Assembly (NCBI GenBank): GCA_963850305.1
Contig: CAWKKR010000008.1
Location: 1,568,001-1,632,000 of the forward strand
Source of the DNA: an uncultured delta proteobacterium
GTDB taxonomy: Bacteria > Myxococcota_A > Polyangia > Polyangiales > Polyangiaceae
DNA: 64,000 nt
Reading direction: 5' to 3'
Part shown: one piece after another, positions 22,009-33,178 of the stretch
How the letters are laid out: every line of letters starts with the position of its first letter
Position numbering within the stretch: the stretch's first letter is position 1
The notes under the pieces: model-generated
The model's input: the letters and a program-made list of their open reading frames with translations, nothing else
Told to the model about the DNA's origin: nothing
Database searches by the model: none
Translations under genes and position numbers: made by a program

Positions 22009-23370
22009 GTGTTACTGTCCCGGCTCATGCCGAAACCACCTCCCTTGGTGGCCGCGCCGGGCGGCGAAGCGCCGCTCGATCGCGCCCTCGGGTTCGCGGC
22101 GTCGGGCGCTGCGGAGTGGGCGCTTCGCTGGGCCGTCCCGCTCGTCAGGGCGGATCTGTCGGCGCCCCCACCGCTTTTCGTCGTGGCGCATGAACTGCGG
22201 GCCCTCGAACAGAGAGACGCGGCGATTCTCGGCTTCGAAACGGCGGCCGATCGCGCCGCGGACGCCGGAAATCTGCCGCTGGCGCTCGCTGCCGTCGCGG
22301 AGCTCATGTCGCTCGGGGCCGATGTCGCGGCCCGCACCGAGGACATCGCGCGAGCGTACGCCAAGGGTTCCTCGCGTCTCAGAGCAGGCGGCGCGGCGCC
22401 CCCCGCGGTTGCGCCTGCCGACGTGCACGCGCTCCACGCGACACTCGGTGGTGCGCCGCTCATCGACGAGGCCTTGCAGTCGCTCGACTATGCTCGCGCC
22501 GCAGCCGACGCGGAGCGCGCGAAGAAGCCCGCGCCGTCCGTGCCCGCTCACGGAATTTTCTCCTCGCTCAGCGCTCCCGCGTTGCGGGCGTTGATGGCCG
22601 CGTTCGAAGTGCAGATCGTCGCGAAGGGCGAGAAAGTGATCGAGCAGGGCGCGCCGGGTGCGGAAGCATTCGTCCTCGGGCGCGGCGAGCTCGAGGTCGT
22701 CCGCACACGACCGGACGCGCCGGATCTTCTCCTCGCGCGCCTCGGCAACGGCGCGATATTCGGGGAAATGGCGCTTCTCGCGCGCTCTCCACGTGCGGCC
22801 AGCGTCGTCGCCGTGCGTCCGAGCATCGTCCTCAAGGTGCGCGTGGAGGCCCTCGATGCCGTCGCGCGAGAATCTCCGGAGGTTGGCATTGCATTCGCCG
22901 CGTACTGTCAAAAGCGAATGGTCGGCAATCTCGTGCGCACGAGCCCGCTCCTCGGGCCGCTGTCGGCGAGCGAGCGACAGGCGCTCATCGAACGCTTCGA
23001 TTCGAAGACATTCGAGACGGGCGCGAAGCTCATCGTCCAGGGGCAGGAATCCGACGGGATACACGTCATTGCCTCGGGCGAGGTGGCCGTGGTCCGGAAC
23101 GACGCCGGGGAAGACGTGTCGATCGCGACCCTCGGCGTCGGGGAAGTCGTGGGCGAAGTGTCGCTGGTGTTCCGGCGCGTCTCCAACGCGGACGTGGTCG
23201 CCGTCCACCCGACCATGACCTTGCACCTGCCGAGACCGAGGTTCATGGAAATCGTCCGGGAACACCCGACGCTCCTGGCGCAGCTCTACGAGCTTGCCGC
23301 GAAGCGCGACGAAGAAACCGCCAGCATCGTCGCGCAAGAAGCGTCCGAGGCGGACAATCTCATCATCTGA
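22009..23370 (+). CDS. Protein with two cyclic-nucleotide-binding domains (start uncertain)
   Basis: Two cNMP repeats: VIEQG...FGEMALL..SPRAASVVA and IVQGQ...VGEVSLV..VSNADVVA. Confidence 0.8.
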   Translation: MLLSRLMPKPPPLVAAPGGEAPLDRALGFAASGAAEWALRWAVPLVRADLSAPPPLFVVAHELRALEQRDAAILGFETAADRAADAGNLPLALAAVAELMSLGADVAARTEDIARAYAKGSSRLRAGGAAPPAVAPADVHALHATLGGAPLIDEALQSLDYARAAADAERAKKPAPSVPAHGIFSSLSAPALRALMAAFEVQIVAKGEKVIEQGAPGAEAFVLGRGELEVVRTRPDAPDLLLARLGNGAIFGEMALLARSPRAASVVAVRPSIVLKVRVEALDAVARESPEVGIAFAAYCQKRMVGNLVRTSPLLGPLSASERQALIERFDSKTFETGAKLIVQGQESDGIHVIASGEVAVVRNDAGEDVSIATLGVGEVVGEVSLVFRRVSNADVVAVHPTMTLHLPRPRFMEIVREHPTLLAQLYELAAKRDEETASIVAQEASEADNLII

Positions 23371-23471
23371 TCGAATTTCTGCGGGCATTTGGGACCCCGG
23401 ACCGGCTTTTCGAGGGGATTCTCGCGACCCGCCTTGACGCACGGTCCCGGCCGCAGGTAAGCCCCCGGGAA

Positions 23472-24029
23472 ATGAGAGCCCTGCTTCGGTTCGTGAGCCT
23501 CGCGCTCCCCCTCGTGCTCGCGGGCACGTCGGCCTCCGTCGCCCACGCGGAGATGAAGATCGCCGTCGTCGACACCCAGCGTGCCGTGATGGAGACGGAA
23601 GACGGTCTCCGCGCCCAGGCCGCGCTGAAGAAGAATTTCGACAAGCGCCAGAAGGATCTGGACGACAAGCAGGTCGCTCTCCAGAAGGAGCGAGACGACA
23701 TCGACAAGCAGAAGGAGGTCTTGAGCAAGCAAGCCCTTCAAGCTCGCGTCGACAAGTGGCAACACGAGATGGCGGACCTTCAGACCACCTTCGTCGAGTA
23801 CAACAAAGAGATTCAGAAGAAGCAGAACGAGCTGACGCAGCCCATCTTCCAGAAGGCGATGGGCATCATCCGGCGGATCGCCACCCAGAACGGCTACGAC
23901 ATGGTCCTCGACAAGCAGGTGGTGCCGTACAATCGGAGCGACCTCGACCTGACCGACCGCGTCATCACGGAATACAACCAGAGCGGCGGCGCTGCACCGA
24001 CGCCCGGCACGCCGCCCGCGAAGAAGTAG
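23472..24029 (+). CDS. skp: Periplasmic chaperone Skp/OmpH
   Basis: Signal peptide, KIAVVD, long coiled coil, GYDMVLD...DLTDRVI; upstream of lpxD. Confidence 0.9.
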   Translation: MRALLRFVSLALPLVLAGTSASVAHAEMKIAVVDTQRAVMETEDGLRAQAALKKNFDKRQKDLDDKQVALQKERDDIDKQKEVLSKQALQARVDKWQHEMADLQTTFVEYNKEIQKKQNELTQPIFQKAMGIIRRIATQNGYDMVLDKQVVPYNRSDLDLTDRVITEYNQSGGAAPTPGTPPAKK

Positions 24030-24031
24030 CG

Positions 24032-24991
24032 TTGTCGGACGGCGTCGCGCTTCGCGTCGCGCGAACGCTCCGCGAGCTACAGCGCGAGTTCGGCGGCGAC
24101 CTCGACGACGGGGTGGCGCCGCGCACCGTCGATCGCGTCGTATCGCCCGAACATGCCGCTTCCGACGCCGATCTCGTCGTCGTGACGGCCGCGCGGCTCA
24201 CGTCGCTCGCCTCGTCCGTCCCCGGCGTTCTCCTGTGTCAGCAGGACCTCGCGCCGCGCGTCCCCGGCGGTCGTCGGTGGGTGCACGCGCACGCGCCATG
24301 GGTCGTCGCTCGCCTCCTCGCCGAAGTGTCCACCGATGTAGTCGCTCCCGGCATCGAACCCACGGCCAGCGTCAACGCCGAGGCCCACGTTCATCCGACC
24401 GCCAGCGTCCGTCAGGGTGCCGTCGTCCTCGGAGGCGCCACGATCGGCCGGGAAACCCTCGTCGGCGAAGGCGCGGTCGTTTACGGCCGCACGTGCATCG
24501 GGGCCCGCGTCACGATCGGCCCGAACGCGGTCCTCGGTCGTCCTGGATTTGGTTGGGCCGCGAGCCCGGACGGCACGCTGATTCGCGTCCCACAGCTCGG
24601 CGGCGTGATCGTGGAAGACGACGTCGAGATCGGCGCGCTCGCGACCGTCGACGCCGGCACACTGTCGCCCACGATCCTGCGCCGCGGCGTCAAGCTCGAC
24701 GCCCACGTCCACGTCGCGCACAACGTCGAGATCGGCGCGCACACGGTCGTCGCGGCCCAGGCGGGCTTCGCGGGGTCCGCGTGGGTCGGGAAGGGCGTTC
24801 TCGTCGGTGGGCAAGCCGGCGTCACCGATCACGCGCGCGTCGGCGAAGGCGCGCGCATCGCCGCGAAGAGCGGCGTCATCGGCGATATCGCCCCGGGCAA
24901 GACCGTGGCAGGATTCCCCGCGATCCCCCGGGTCGAGTGGCTCCGCGCCTGGGCGGGGCTGCTCGGGCAGAGAAAGAGGACGAAGACGTGA
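24032..24991 (+). CDS. lpxD: UDP-3-O-acylglucosamine N-acyltransferase
   Basis: Hexapeptide repeats, GFGW...[26 protein letters not shown]; context skp-lpxD-fabZ-lpxA. Confidence 0.92.
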   Translation: MSDGVALRVARTLRELQREFGGDLDDGVAPRTVDRVVSPEHAASDADLVVVTAARLTSLASSVPGVLLCQQDLAPRVPGGRRWVHAHAPWVVARLLAEVSTDVVAPGIEPTASVNAEAHVHPTASVRQGAVVLGGATIGRETLVGEGAVVYGRTCIGARVTIGPNAVLGRPGFGWAASPDGTLIRVPQLGGVIVEDDVEIGALATVDAGTLSPTILRRGVKLDAHVHVAHNVEIGAHTVVAAQAGFAGSAWVGKGVLVGGQAGVTDHARVGEGARIAAKSGVIGDIAPGKTVAGFPAIPRVEWLRAWAGLLGQRKRTKT

Positions 24992-25443
24992 ACGGCAAGC
25001 GCGTTCAGCTCGACATCGCGAAGATCCTGGAGATCTTGCCGCACCGGTATCCGTTCGTGATGGTGGACCGGGTGACGGAGCTGATCGCTGGCAAATACAT
25101 CTCCGGTCACAAGATGGTCAGCTACAACGAGCCGTGGTCCGAGGGACACTTCCCCGGCCGCCCGATCCTGCCCGGCGTGCTCATCATCGAGTCGCTTGCC
25201 CAGATCGGCGGGATCCTCGCGTACGCGAGCGACCCCTTCGACGCGTCGCAGAGCCTCATGTACTTCCTCGGGATCGACAAGGCGAAGTTCCGGCACCCCG
25301 TCACGCCCGGGGATCGCCTCGACCTCTACGTCGAGGTCGTCCATCATCGCTCGAACGTGTGGAAACTGCGCGGCGAGGCCACGGTCGACGGCGTGCTCGC
25401 GGCGCAAGGCGAGCTCCTCGCGTCGATCGTCGAACGCGATTGA
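24988..25443 (+). CDS. fabZ: 3-hydroxyacyl-ACP dehydratase
   Basis: [43 protein letters not shown]. Confidence 0.96.
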   Translation: MNGKRVQLDIAKILEILPHRYPFVMVDRVTELIAGKYISGHKMVSYNEPWSEGHFPGRPILPGVLIIESLAQIGGILAYASDPFDASQSLMYFLGIDKAKFRHPVTPGDRLDLYVEVVHHRSNVWKLRGEATVDGVLAAQGELLASIVERD

Positions 25444-25450
25444 ATCGAAG

Positions 25451-26239
25451 ATGGCCTCGCGCGCGGCACCGAGCGTCCATCCGACCGCCGTCGTGGACGC
25501 GAGCGCGCGTCTCGGAGACGGGGTGGTCATCGGTCCGCTGTCGTACGTCGGGCCCGGCGTGGAGATCGGTGAACGGACGGAGCTCGTCGCCCAGGCCACG
25601 GTGCTCGGTCCGTGCCGCATCGGCCGGAACAACCGCATTCACCCTCACGCGACGCTCGGCGCGGCGCCGCAAGATCGCACCTTTTCCGGCGAGACGACGG
25701 AGCTCGTCGCCGGGGACGACAATCAGTTCCGCGAACTGGTCACCGTGCATCGCGGCACCGCGAAGGGCGGCGGCGTCACCCGCGTCGGCTCGCGCGGGCT
25801 CTTCATGGTCGGCGCGCACGTCGCGCACGACTGCGTCGTCGGAGATGGCGTCACGCTCGCGAACTACACGAGTCTCGGCGGCCACGTCCGCGTCGAGGAC
25901 CGCGCCGTGCTCGGCGGCCACGTCGCGGTTGCGCCGTTCTGCGTCGTGGGCGAGCTCGCGTTCGCGGCCGGCGGCTCGATGATCGAGCGGGACGTCCCGC
26001 CCTTCCTCATCGTCTCCGGCGATCGCGCCCGCGTTCGCGGTTTGAACCGTGTCGGCCTCGCGCGGGCCGGCATCCCCGAGGCATCCCGCGACGCACTCGA
26101 ACGCGCTTATCGCGTCCTGTACGGTTCGAAGGAGCCGCTGGCGCTCGCCCTCGACGCGGCGGAATCGGAGCTCTCGGACAATCCGCACGTCCGACGGCTC
26201 GTCGCGTTCATCCGCGCCGCCTCCACCAAGGCCGGTTGA
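25451..26239 (+). CDS. lpxA: Acyl-ACP--UDP-N-acetylglucosamine O-acyltransferase
   Basis: VHPTAVVD, RELVTVHRGT, HVAHDCVVG, DVPPF, GLNRVGL. Confidence 0.94.
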   Translation: MASRAAPSVHPTAVVDASARLGDGVVIGPLSYVGPGVEIGERTELVAQATVLGPCRIGRNNRIHPHATLGAAPQDRTFSGETTELVAGDDNQFRELVTVHRGTAKGGGVTRVGSRGLFMVGAHVAHDCVVGDGVTLANYTSLGGHVRVEDRAVLGGHVAVAPFCVVGELAFAAGGSMIERDVPPFLIVSGDRARVRGLNRVGLARAGIPEASRDALERAYRVLYGSKEPLALALDAAESELSDNPHVRRLVAFIRAASTKAG

Positions 26240-26460
26240 ACCGGTGCCCCCGAAGATTCGTTCGGGTGGAGCGCGAGGCCGCCCTCGCCATGGAGCTGCA
26301 CCAGATTCGTCCTTTGCTGGATTCTGTAAGCACACATCCTCGCACGTATGCGTCTCGACGAACGAGAGCCGAGTGGCGCAAGAGCATGTACCGAGCGGTT
26401 TCGTGCTGCGGGAACGTCGACGCCAGGCTATTCAAGGTGCTGCGGTCAGAAGAGCTTTGA

Positions 26461-27180
26461 ATGTGTGGCGGCAAATTGAGATTCGCGGCGGCTGGCGCCC
26501 TCTTGCTGGCGCTCGGGTGTTCGGCGAGCAGCTCCTCGAACAATAACCCGTTCGCTCAAGGTGGTGCAGGCGGTGCGGACCAGTACGGCACCGGCGGTAC
26601 GGGAAATGGGGGCTCGTCGTACAACGCCGGTGGGACGACCTCCGTCACCGGCAACGGCGGCCACCAGGGAACGACATTGTTCGATGCCGGTACCGGTCCC
26701 TACCCTTACGATCTGAACACGACCTTCAGCTGGCCCACCACTAGCGCCGAGGGCGGCATTGGCGGGCGCTGCAAGGCGGGTCACTACGTCGGCACGTATA
26801 GCTGTGAAGTGACGAACGCCGACGCGGGCGTCTATTCGCTCACGGGTCCCGTCGACCTCCAGCTATCGGAAGCGCAGAGCGGGGAATTCCTGACCGTCAG
26901 CGGCGGCGAGCTGAAATCGGCCGCGGGCATTCTCGCGATGGACGCGACGGTCGTCGGTCAGTTGAACTGCCAATCCGGTGCGTTCTCCGGAAACCTCCCG
27001 CATGGATCGCTGGCGCTGGTACCGTTCCCCCCGGCTCCGGATTCGTTCGACGGCACCATGCAGGCGTCGTTCGTTTCGTCCGGACCCGCCTTGAGTGGCA
27101 CCTGGACGCTTTTCGGCGAGGGCACCTTCCAGGGTTACGTCTGTCACGGACCTTGGACCGCGAAGTGGCAACCGAACTGA
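26461..27180 (+). CDS. Hypothetical lipoprotein with Gly/Thr-rich linker and Cys-containing beta domain
   Basis: Lipobox LLALGC; G/T/S-rich low-complexity segment typical of myxobacterial lipoproteins. Confidence 0.7.
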   Translation: MCGGKLRFAAAGALLLALGCSASSSSNNNPFAQGGAGGADQYGTGGTGNGGSSYNAGGTTSVTGNGGHQGTTLFDAGTGPYPYDLNTTFSWPTTSAEGGIGGRCKAGHYVGTYSCEVTNADAGVYSLTGPVDLQLSEAQSGEFLTVSGGELKSAAGILAMDATVVGQLNCQSGAFSGNLPHGSLALVPFPPAPDSFDGTMQASFVSSGPALSGTWTLFGEGTFQGYVCHGPWTAKWQPN

Positions 27181-27352
27181 CGGCCTCGGCTTCCCGGACA
27201 GGCTGAGCGCCGACAATCCGCGCACGCCTTGCGGCGTCGCGCCGGCATTGGGCGGTGCCGACACCTAACCGGCGCCGACCTGTTGCGCTGCGACCCTCGG
27301 TGCACCACGTTCCGGCGCGGAAGAGGGCGTCTTCACCCGGAGTCCACTCGAG

Positions 27353-30300
27353 ATGAGCGAGGCGGAACGGTTCTCGTGCTGCTTGGTCGGCGAGGGGAAG
27401 CTTCTCGCGGAGTGCGCGGAGGTGCTGCGCGCTCGCGGACACGATGTCGTCGCCGTGATCTCGTCGGAACCGTCGGTCATCCGGTGGTGCGAGACCAGCA
27501 GGGTGCCCCGCGCGCCGTGGGCCTGCGATCGCCTCGCGTTTCTGGGAACCGTCGCGTTCGACTACCTGTTCAGCGTCGTGAATCACCGCGTGCTGGACGC
27601 GGAGGTACTGCGGCTCGCGCGGCGTGGCGCCGTGAATTATCACGACTCGCCGCTGCCCGCGTACGCGGGGTTCAACGTGACCTCGTGGGCGATCGCGAAC
27701 GGCGAGACCTCGCACGGCGTGACCTGGCACGAGATGTCGGAGCGCGTGGACTCCGGACGGATCTCGAAGCAGCGTCGCTTCGCGCTCGCGCCCGACGAGA
27801 CGGCGTTCAGCCTGGCGGCGCGCTGTCACGCAGTCGCGCTCGAGACATTCGCGGAGCTCATCGACGAACTTTCGACCCACCGGGTGGATGCGCGCGAGCA
27901 GGGCGCCGAGGGGCGCACGTACTTCGGGCGTCACGCGCGGCCGGCAAGCGTCCTCGACTTCACGAAGCCGGCCGCGGAGCTCGCGCGCCTTCTCCGAGCG
28001 CTGGACACGGGTCCGGAAGACAGCTTTCTCGGCGTCCCCAAACTCGCAGCAACCAACCTCTTCTATCTGCTGAAGGAAGCCCGAGCAGCGCCGGCTTCGA
28101 AGCTCGGTGCGGCGCCGTCGACGATCGTCGCGATCGATGCGAACGCGATCCGTGTCGCGACCGGCGAGGGGGAGCTCCGGTTGTTGCAAGTCGCGGCGCT
28201 CGACGGCACGCCGCGCTCGCTCGCCGAGCTGGTGAGCGAAGCGAAGCTCCACGTGGGAGCGAGGCTCGAACGTCCGCCGCTCGACGCGATCGCGACGTTC
28301 GACGCCGAGATTGCGAGGCACGAGGGCTTCTTCGTCGAGCGCCTGAAGAGCTCGGTTCCCGCTGCGTTTCTCGACGTGAGAGGCGCGACCGCGACCGCGA
28401 TCGAAGTCGAAGAAGCGGACTTCGACGTGCCGTCGCTTCACGCTCGCGCGGCCGACGCGGACTTCGCGATGCTGGTCTTTGCGATTTTCGTTCGTCGGTG
28501 CGGCGTGGGGGACGTCGAGGACATCGGTTTCGACGATCGCACGGCTCTCATCGAAGGTCCGTTCGTTCACCAGGTGCCGTTCCGCATCGGGTGGAAGCGC
28601 GACGAGAGGTCCGACACGGCGCTCGACGAGGCTCGCGCCGAGCTTGCCGAGCTGCGCCAGCGTCGTGCGTTCGCCGCGGACGTCTGGGAACGCCACGCCG
28701 CCCTGCGCGAGCTCCCGCGACTCGGTCTGTCGCGAGGCTATCCGATCGTGATACGTCGCGAAGGGTTCGATTCGGCGTTCTTGCCTGGAACGATTCTCGA
28801 ACTGACGTTCGTCGGCGGTCGGGTCCATGCACGCTTCGATGGGCGGATGCTCGCGCCGCTCGATGTGCGTCGACTCGGAGCGAGATTCGAGGCGTTCGTC
28901 CAAGCGGCGCTCGCCGCGCCGGAGACGCCCTTGGACCGGCTGCCCATCGTGCCCGAGTCGGAGCGCCGGCTCTTGCTCGAAGGATGGAACGCGACGAAGC
29001 GCGACGTGCCCGTGCGTTGCGTGCACGAGTTCTTCGAACGCCAGGTCGTCGAGACGCCGGAGGCCGTCGCGGTCGTGTTCCGCGATCGGAGGCTCACGTA
29101 CCACGAGCTGAATGAGCGCGCGAACGCAGTCGCTCACCGGTTGATGCGTGAGCACGTCGGCCCCGACGTACTCGTCGGGATCTACCTCGAGCGATCGATC
29201 GACATGCTCGTCGCGATGCTCGCGGTGCTCAAGGCGGGAGGAGCGTACGTGCCGCTCGATCCCGGTTACCCGGCGGAGCGGCTCGGGTGGATGCTGGAAG
29301 ACTGCCGCGCAACGGTCATCCTCACGAGCGCGCGGCTCTGCGCGACCTTGCCGCACCATTCGGCCACCGTCGTAGACGTCACGGGCGCCGAGCTCGGCGG
29401 CTCGTCGCACGAGAACCCGCGCACCGCGGTGCGACCGGAGCATCTCGCTTACGTCATCTTCACGTCGGGCTCCACGGGGCGTCCGAAGGGCGTGATGATC
29501 GAACACCGGAACGTCGCGAACTTCTTCGCCGGCATGGACGAGCGGGTGGGCACGACGGCGCGCTCGGGAAAGCAACCCGCGTGGCTCGCCGTGACGAGCA
29601 TGTCGTTCGACATTCACGTGCTGGAGCTGCTCTGGACGCTCGCGCGCGGTTTCAAGGTCGTGCTCGCGGAAGAGCAGAGCGCCGCGAGAACGCGGACGGC
29701 GTCCGTGTCGCGAAAGATGGATTTCAGTCTGTTTTACTTCGCGAGCGACGCCGCGGGCGCGGGCGCGGAACGGTATCGCTTGCTCACCGAAGGCGCGAAA
29801 TTCGCGGACGAGCACGATTTCGCGGCGGTCTGGACGCCCGAGCGACACTTCCATGCGTTCGGCGGCCTTTATCCGAATCCTTCGGTCACGAGCGCGGCGC
29901 TCGCCGTGCTCACGAAGCGCACCCAGATCCGCGCCGGGAGCGTCGTGTTGCCGCTCCACAATCCGGTGCGCGTCGCGGAGGAGTGGTCGGTCGTGGACAA
30001 CCTGTCGGGTGGGCGCGTCGGACTTTCGTTCGCGTCGGGCTGGCACGCGAGCGACTTCGCGCTCGCGCCGGACCACTACGCGGACCGCAAGGAACGCATG
30101 TTCCTCGGCATCGAGACGATCCGCAAACTATGGCGCGGCGAATCCATCGACGCGACCAGCGGCGACGGCAAGCCGATCCAGATCCGGATCCAGCCGCTGC
30201 CGGTGCGCGCGCGGCCGCCGATCTGGATCACGACGGCCGGCAACGTGGGGACGTTCCGCGCCGCGGGCGAGCAAGGGTTCAATCTGCTCACCAACCTGCT

Positions 30301-33161
30301 CGGCCAATCCGTGCGCGAGCTGTCCGAGAAGATCGCGGCTTATCGCGACGCGTATCGACACGCGGGACATCCCGGCGAGGGCATCGTCACGGTCATGCTC
30401 CATGCGTTCGTGACGTCGGACGCGTCGCTCGCGCGGGCGACGGTCTACGAGCCGTTCTCGAACTACCTGAAGACGTCGGTCGATCTGATCAAGATGGCGC
30501 CGTCGGCGTTTCCCGCATTCCGGCAGCCGTCGAAGGCCGCGTCGGGCGACACCGCGCTCGATCCGAGCTCGTTCGGCGATGAGGACCTGAAAGCCCTCGT
30601 CGATCACGCGTTCGAGCGCTACTTCGAGACGGCGGGCTTGTTCGGCACGCCCGGGTCGTGTCTGGGGATGGTCGAGCGCCTGCGCGAGGTCGGGGTGAAC
30701 GAGCTCGCGTGCCTCGTGGACTTCGGCGTCGAGCCGGACATCGTGCTCGCGAACCTGGTTCACCTGGACCGATTGCGGGAGCGTGCGAACGCCGAACCCG
30801 CCGTCGGGGGAGGGGATGAATACTCCATCGCGTCGCAGACCGTCGAGCACGGCGTGACGCACCTGCAGTGCACGCCGTCGCTCGCGCGCATGATGCTGGC
30901 GATGCCCGAGATGCGCGCCGCGCTTCGCGCGCTCGACGTCGTGCTGCTCGGTGGAGAGCCGCTGCCCGCCGGGCTCGCGGAACAGGTGCTGAAAGGGTTC
31001 GACGGCCGGCTCGTGAACATGTACGGCCCGACGGAGACCACCGTGTGGTCCACGACGTCCGAGGTGGCGCGCGGCGACAGCGACGTCACCATCGGGCGCC
31101 CGATCGCGAATACCGAGATGTTTCTGCTGGACCGCGCGCACGAGCTCGTGCCGATCGGGATGCCTGGCGAGCTCTTCATCGGCGGCGCGGGGGTCGCGCG
31201 GGGCTATCTGAATCGCCCCGATCTCACCCGAGAGCGGTTCGTCGAGCACCCGCTCGTGCCGGGCGCGCGGCTCTACAGAACGGGGGATTCTGGCGCGCTA
31301 CCGGGACTCGGGCGCCCTCGAATTTTTGGGTCGGAACGACCATCAGGTCAAGCTTCGCGGCTACCGGATCGAGCTCGGGGAGATCGAGACCGTGCTCGCG
31401 AAGCACGCGGGCGTCGAAGACGTCGCGGTCGTCGCACGCGAGACGAATTCGACGGAACCCGAGCTCGTCGCGTACTGGGTGCCGCGCGCGGCGTCCCGCG
31501 GCAGCGTCACCGACGACTGGCACGCGATCTGGGACGAGACCTACCGGCAAAGCGACGGACCGCAGAGCACGGCGCTCAACCTCGCCGGGTGGAACAGCAC
31601 TTACACGGGCGAGCCGGTTGCCGAAGCGGAGATGCGGGAGTGGGTCGATCACACCGTCGACGGCATCCGCGCGCTCGCGCCGCGGCGGGTGCTCGAAGTA
31701 GGCTGCGGCACCGGGCTCCTATTGCTCCGCGTCGCGTCAGGGTGCGAGCACTACACCGGCGTGGACTTCTCGGAAGCGGCGCTCTCGCACGTGCAGGCGG
31801 AAGCGGAGCGCCTCGGGCTCGGGGACGTGACGCTCCTCCGGGCCGCGGCGCACGAGCTCCCCGCGTTCGGGCCCTTCGACACGATCGTCCTCAACTCGGT
31901 CGTCCAGTATTTCCCGAGCGCCGAATATCTGGCGGGCGTGCTCGATCGGCTGGCGTCGATGTGCACCCCCGGCGGCAACATCTTCGTCGGGGACGTCCGG
32001 CACCTCGGCTCGTTGCCGGCGTTCTACACGTCGGTCGAGCTCTTCCAGGCGAACGACGCGCTCACGGTCGCCGAGCTGCGCGAGCGCGTGCGGAAGCGTG
32101 AACGGAACGAGAGCGAGCTCGCGCTGGACCCGGAGTTCTTCCGGGCCTGGGCGCGCCGTTTCGGCCGGTTCGCGGACGTGCAGCTCAAGCGCGGCGCGTC
32201 CGGGAACGAGATGACGCGCTTCCGCTACGACGTCGTGCTGCGCGCGACCGCGCCGGCGAAGGGCGCCGTTCGGGACGTCTCCGCGACGAGCTTCGACGGC
32301 GCGCGTTCCCACCTCGAATCGAATGGGAGCACCACTTGCTTCCGCGACATCCCGAACGCACGGCTGGTCCGGGAGTTTGCAGCCGTGAACGTGCTCGCCG
32401 CCGCGTCCGAATCCGCCACGGTCGCGAGCGTGCGCGCGTCGCTCGCCGGGGCCACCGCGGGGAACGAGCCCGAGCCGTTCTGGTCGCTGGGACCGTCGGC
32501 GCGCGTCGAGTTCGCCGCGTCGGGCAAGCTCGACCATTTCGACGTCCATGTCGCGCCGATGATGGACGCGCCCGAGGACGTCGGAGCGGCCGCCGAGACT
32601 CTGCGGTCCGAGCCGGCGGATTTCTCCGCCTTCGCGAATAGGCCGCGTGCGCGGAGCCCGGGTACCGTGGGCGTCGCGGCGCTTCGCGAGCATGCGCGCG
32701 CGTCGTTGCCCGACTACATGGTGCCGTCCGCGTTCGTCGCGCTCGACCGGCTGCCGCTCACGCCGAACGGCAAGCTCGACCGAAAGGCGCTCCCCGAACC
32801 GCGCGCGGAACGCGAAGCCGCCCCGCGCGCCTGCGTCGCGCCGGAGAACGACATCGAGGAGCTGATCCTGAGCGTCTGGCAAGAGCTCCTGAACGTCGAC
32901 CAGCTCGGCGCGACGGAAAACTTCTTCGACCTCGGTGCGAACTCGCTCCTCATGGTGCAGGCGAACGCGCAGCTCAAGCTCCGGCTGGGCCGCAAAGTCT
33001 CGCTCCTCGACATGTTCCGCTTCTCCAGTGCGAAGGCGCTCGCCGCGCACCTCGGCCGGGGCTCCAGCATCGAGATGCCGGCTCCGGGTGACGGTCGCGC
33101 GCAGGCGCGAAGGGACGCGCTGAGCCGGCAGCGAGAGTTACGGGCGGCGCGAGTGCGGTGA
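27353..33161 (+). CDS. NRPS-like protein: formyltransferase - adenylation domain interrupted by MupA/Atu3671-type luciferase-like monooxygenase and SAM methyltransferase - carrier domain (frameshift at about 31289)
   Basis: NYHDSPLPAYAG (formyltransferase); LTYHELN, YVIFTSGSTGRPKG, NMYGPTE, YRTGD, QVKLRGYRIELGEIE, NGKLDR (A domain); FSLFYF, WTPERHFH, LHNPVRVAEEWSVVDNLSGGR (LLM); VLEVGCGTG, LNSVVQYFP (MT); FFDLGANSL (PCP). Confidence 0.9.
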
Positions 33162-33178
33162 CGGAAGCGTCCGGGCTA

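Noticed and set aside
26897..30076. 1059-aa minus-strand ORF and many similar long antisense ORFs throughout the window
   Set aside because: Shadow frames of real genes in high-GC DNA; no recognisable motifs.
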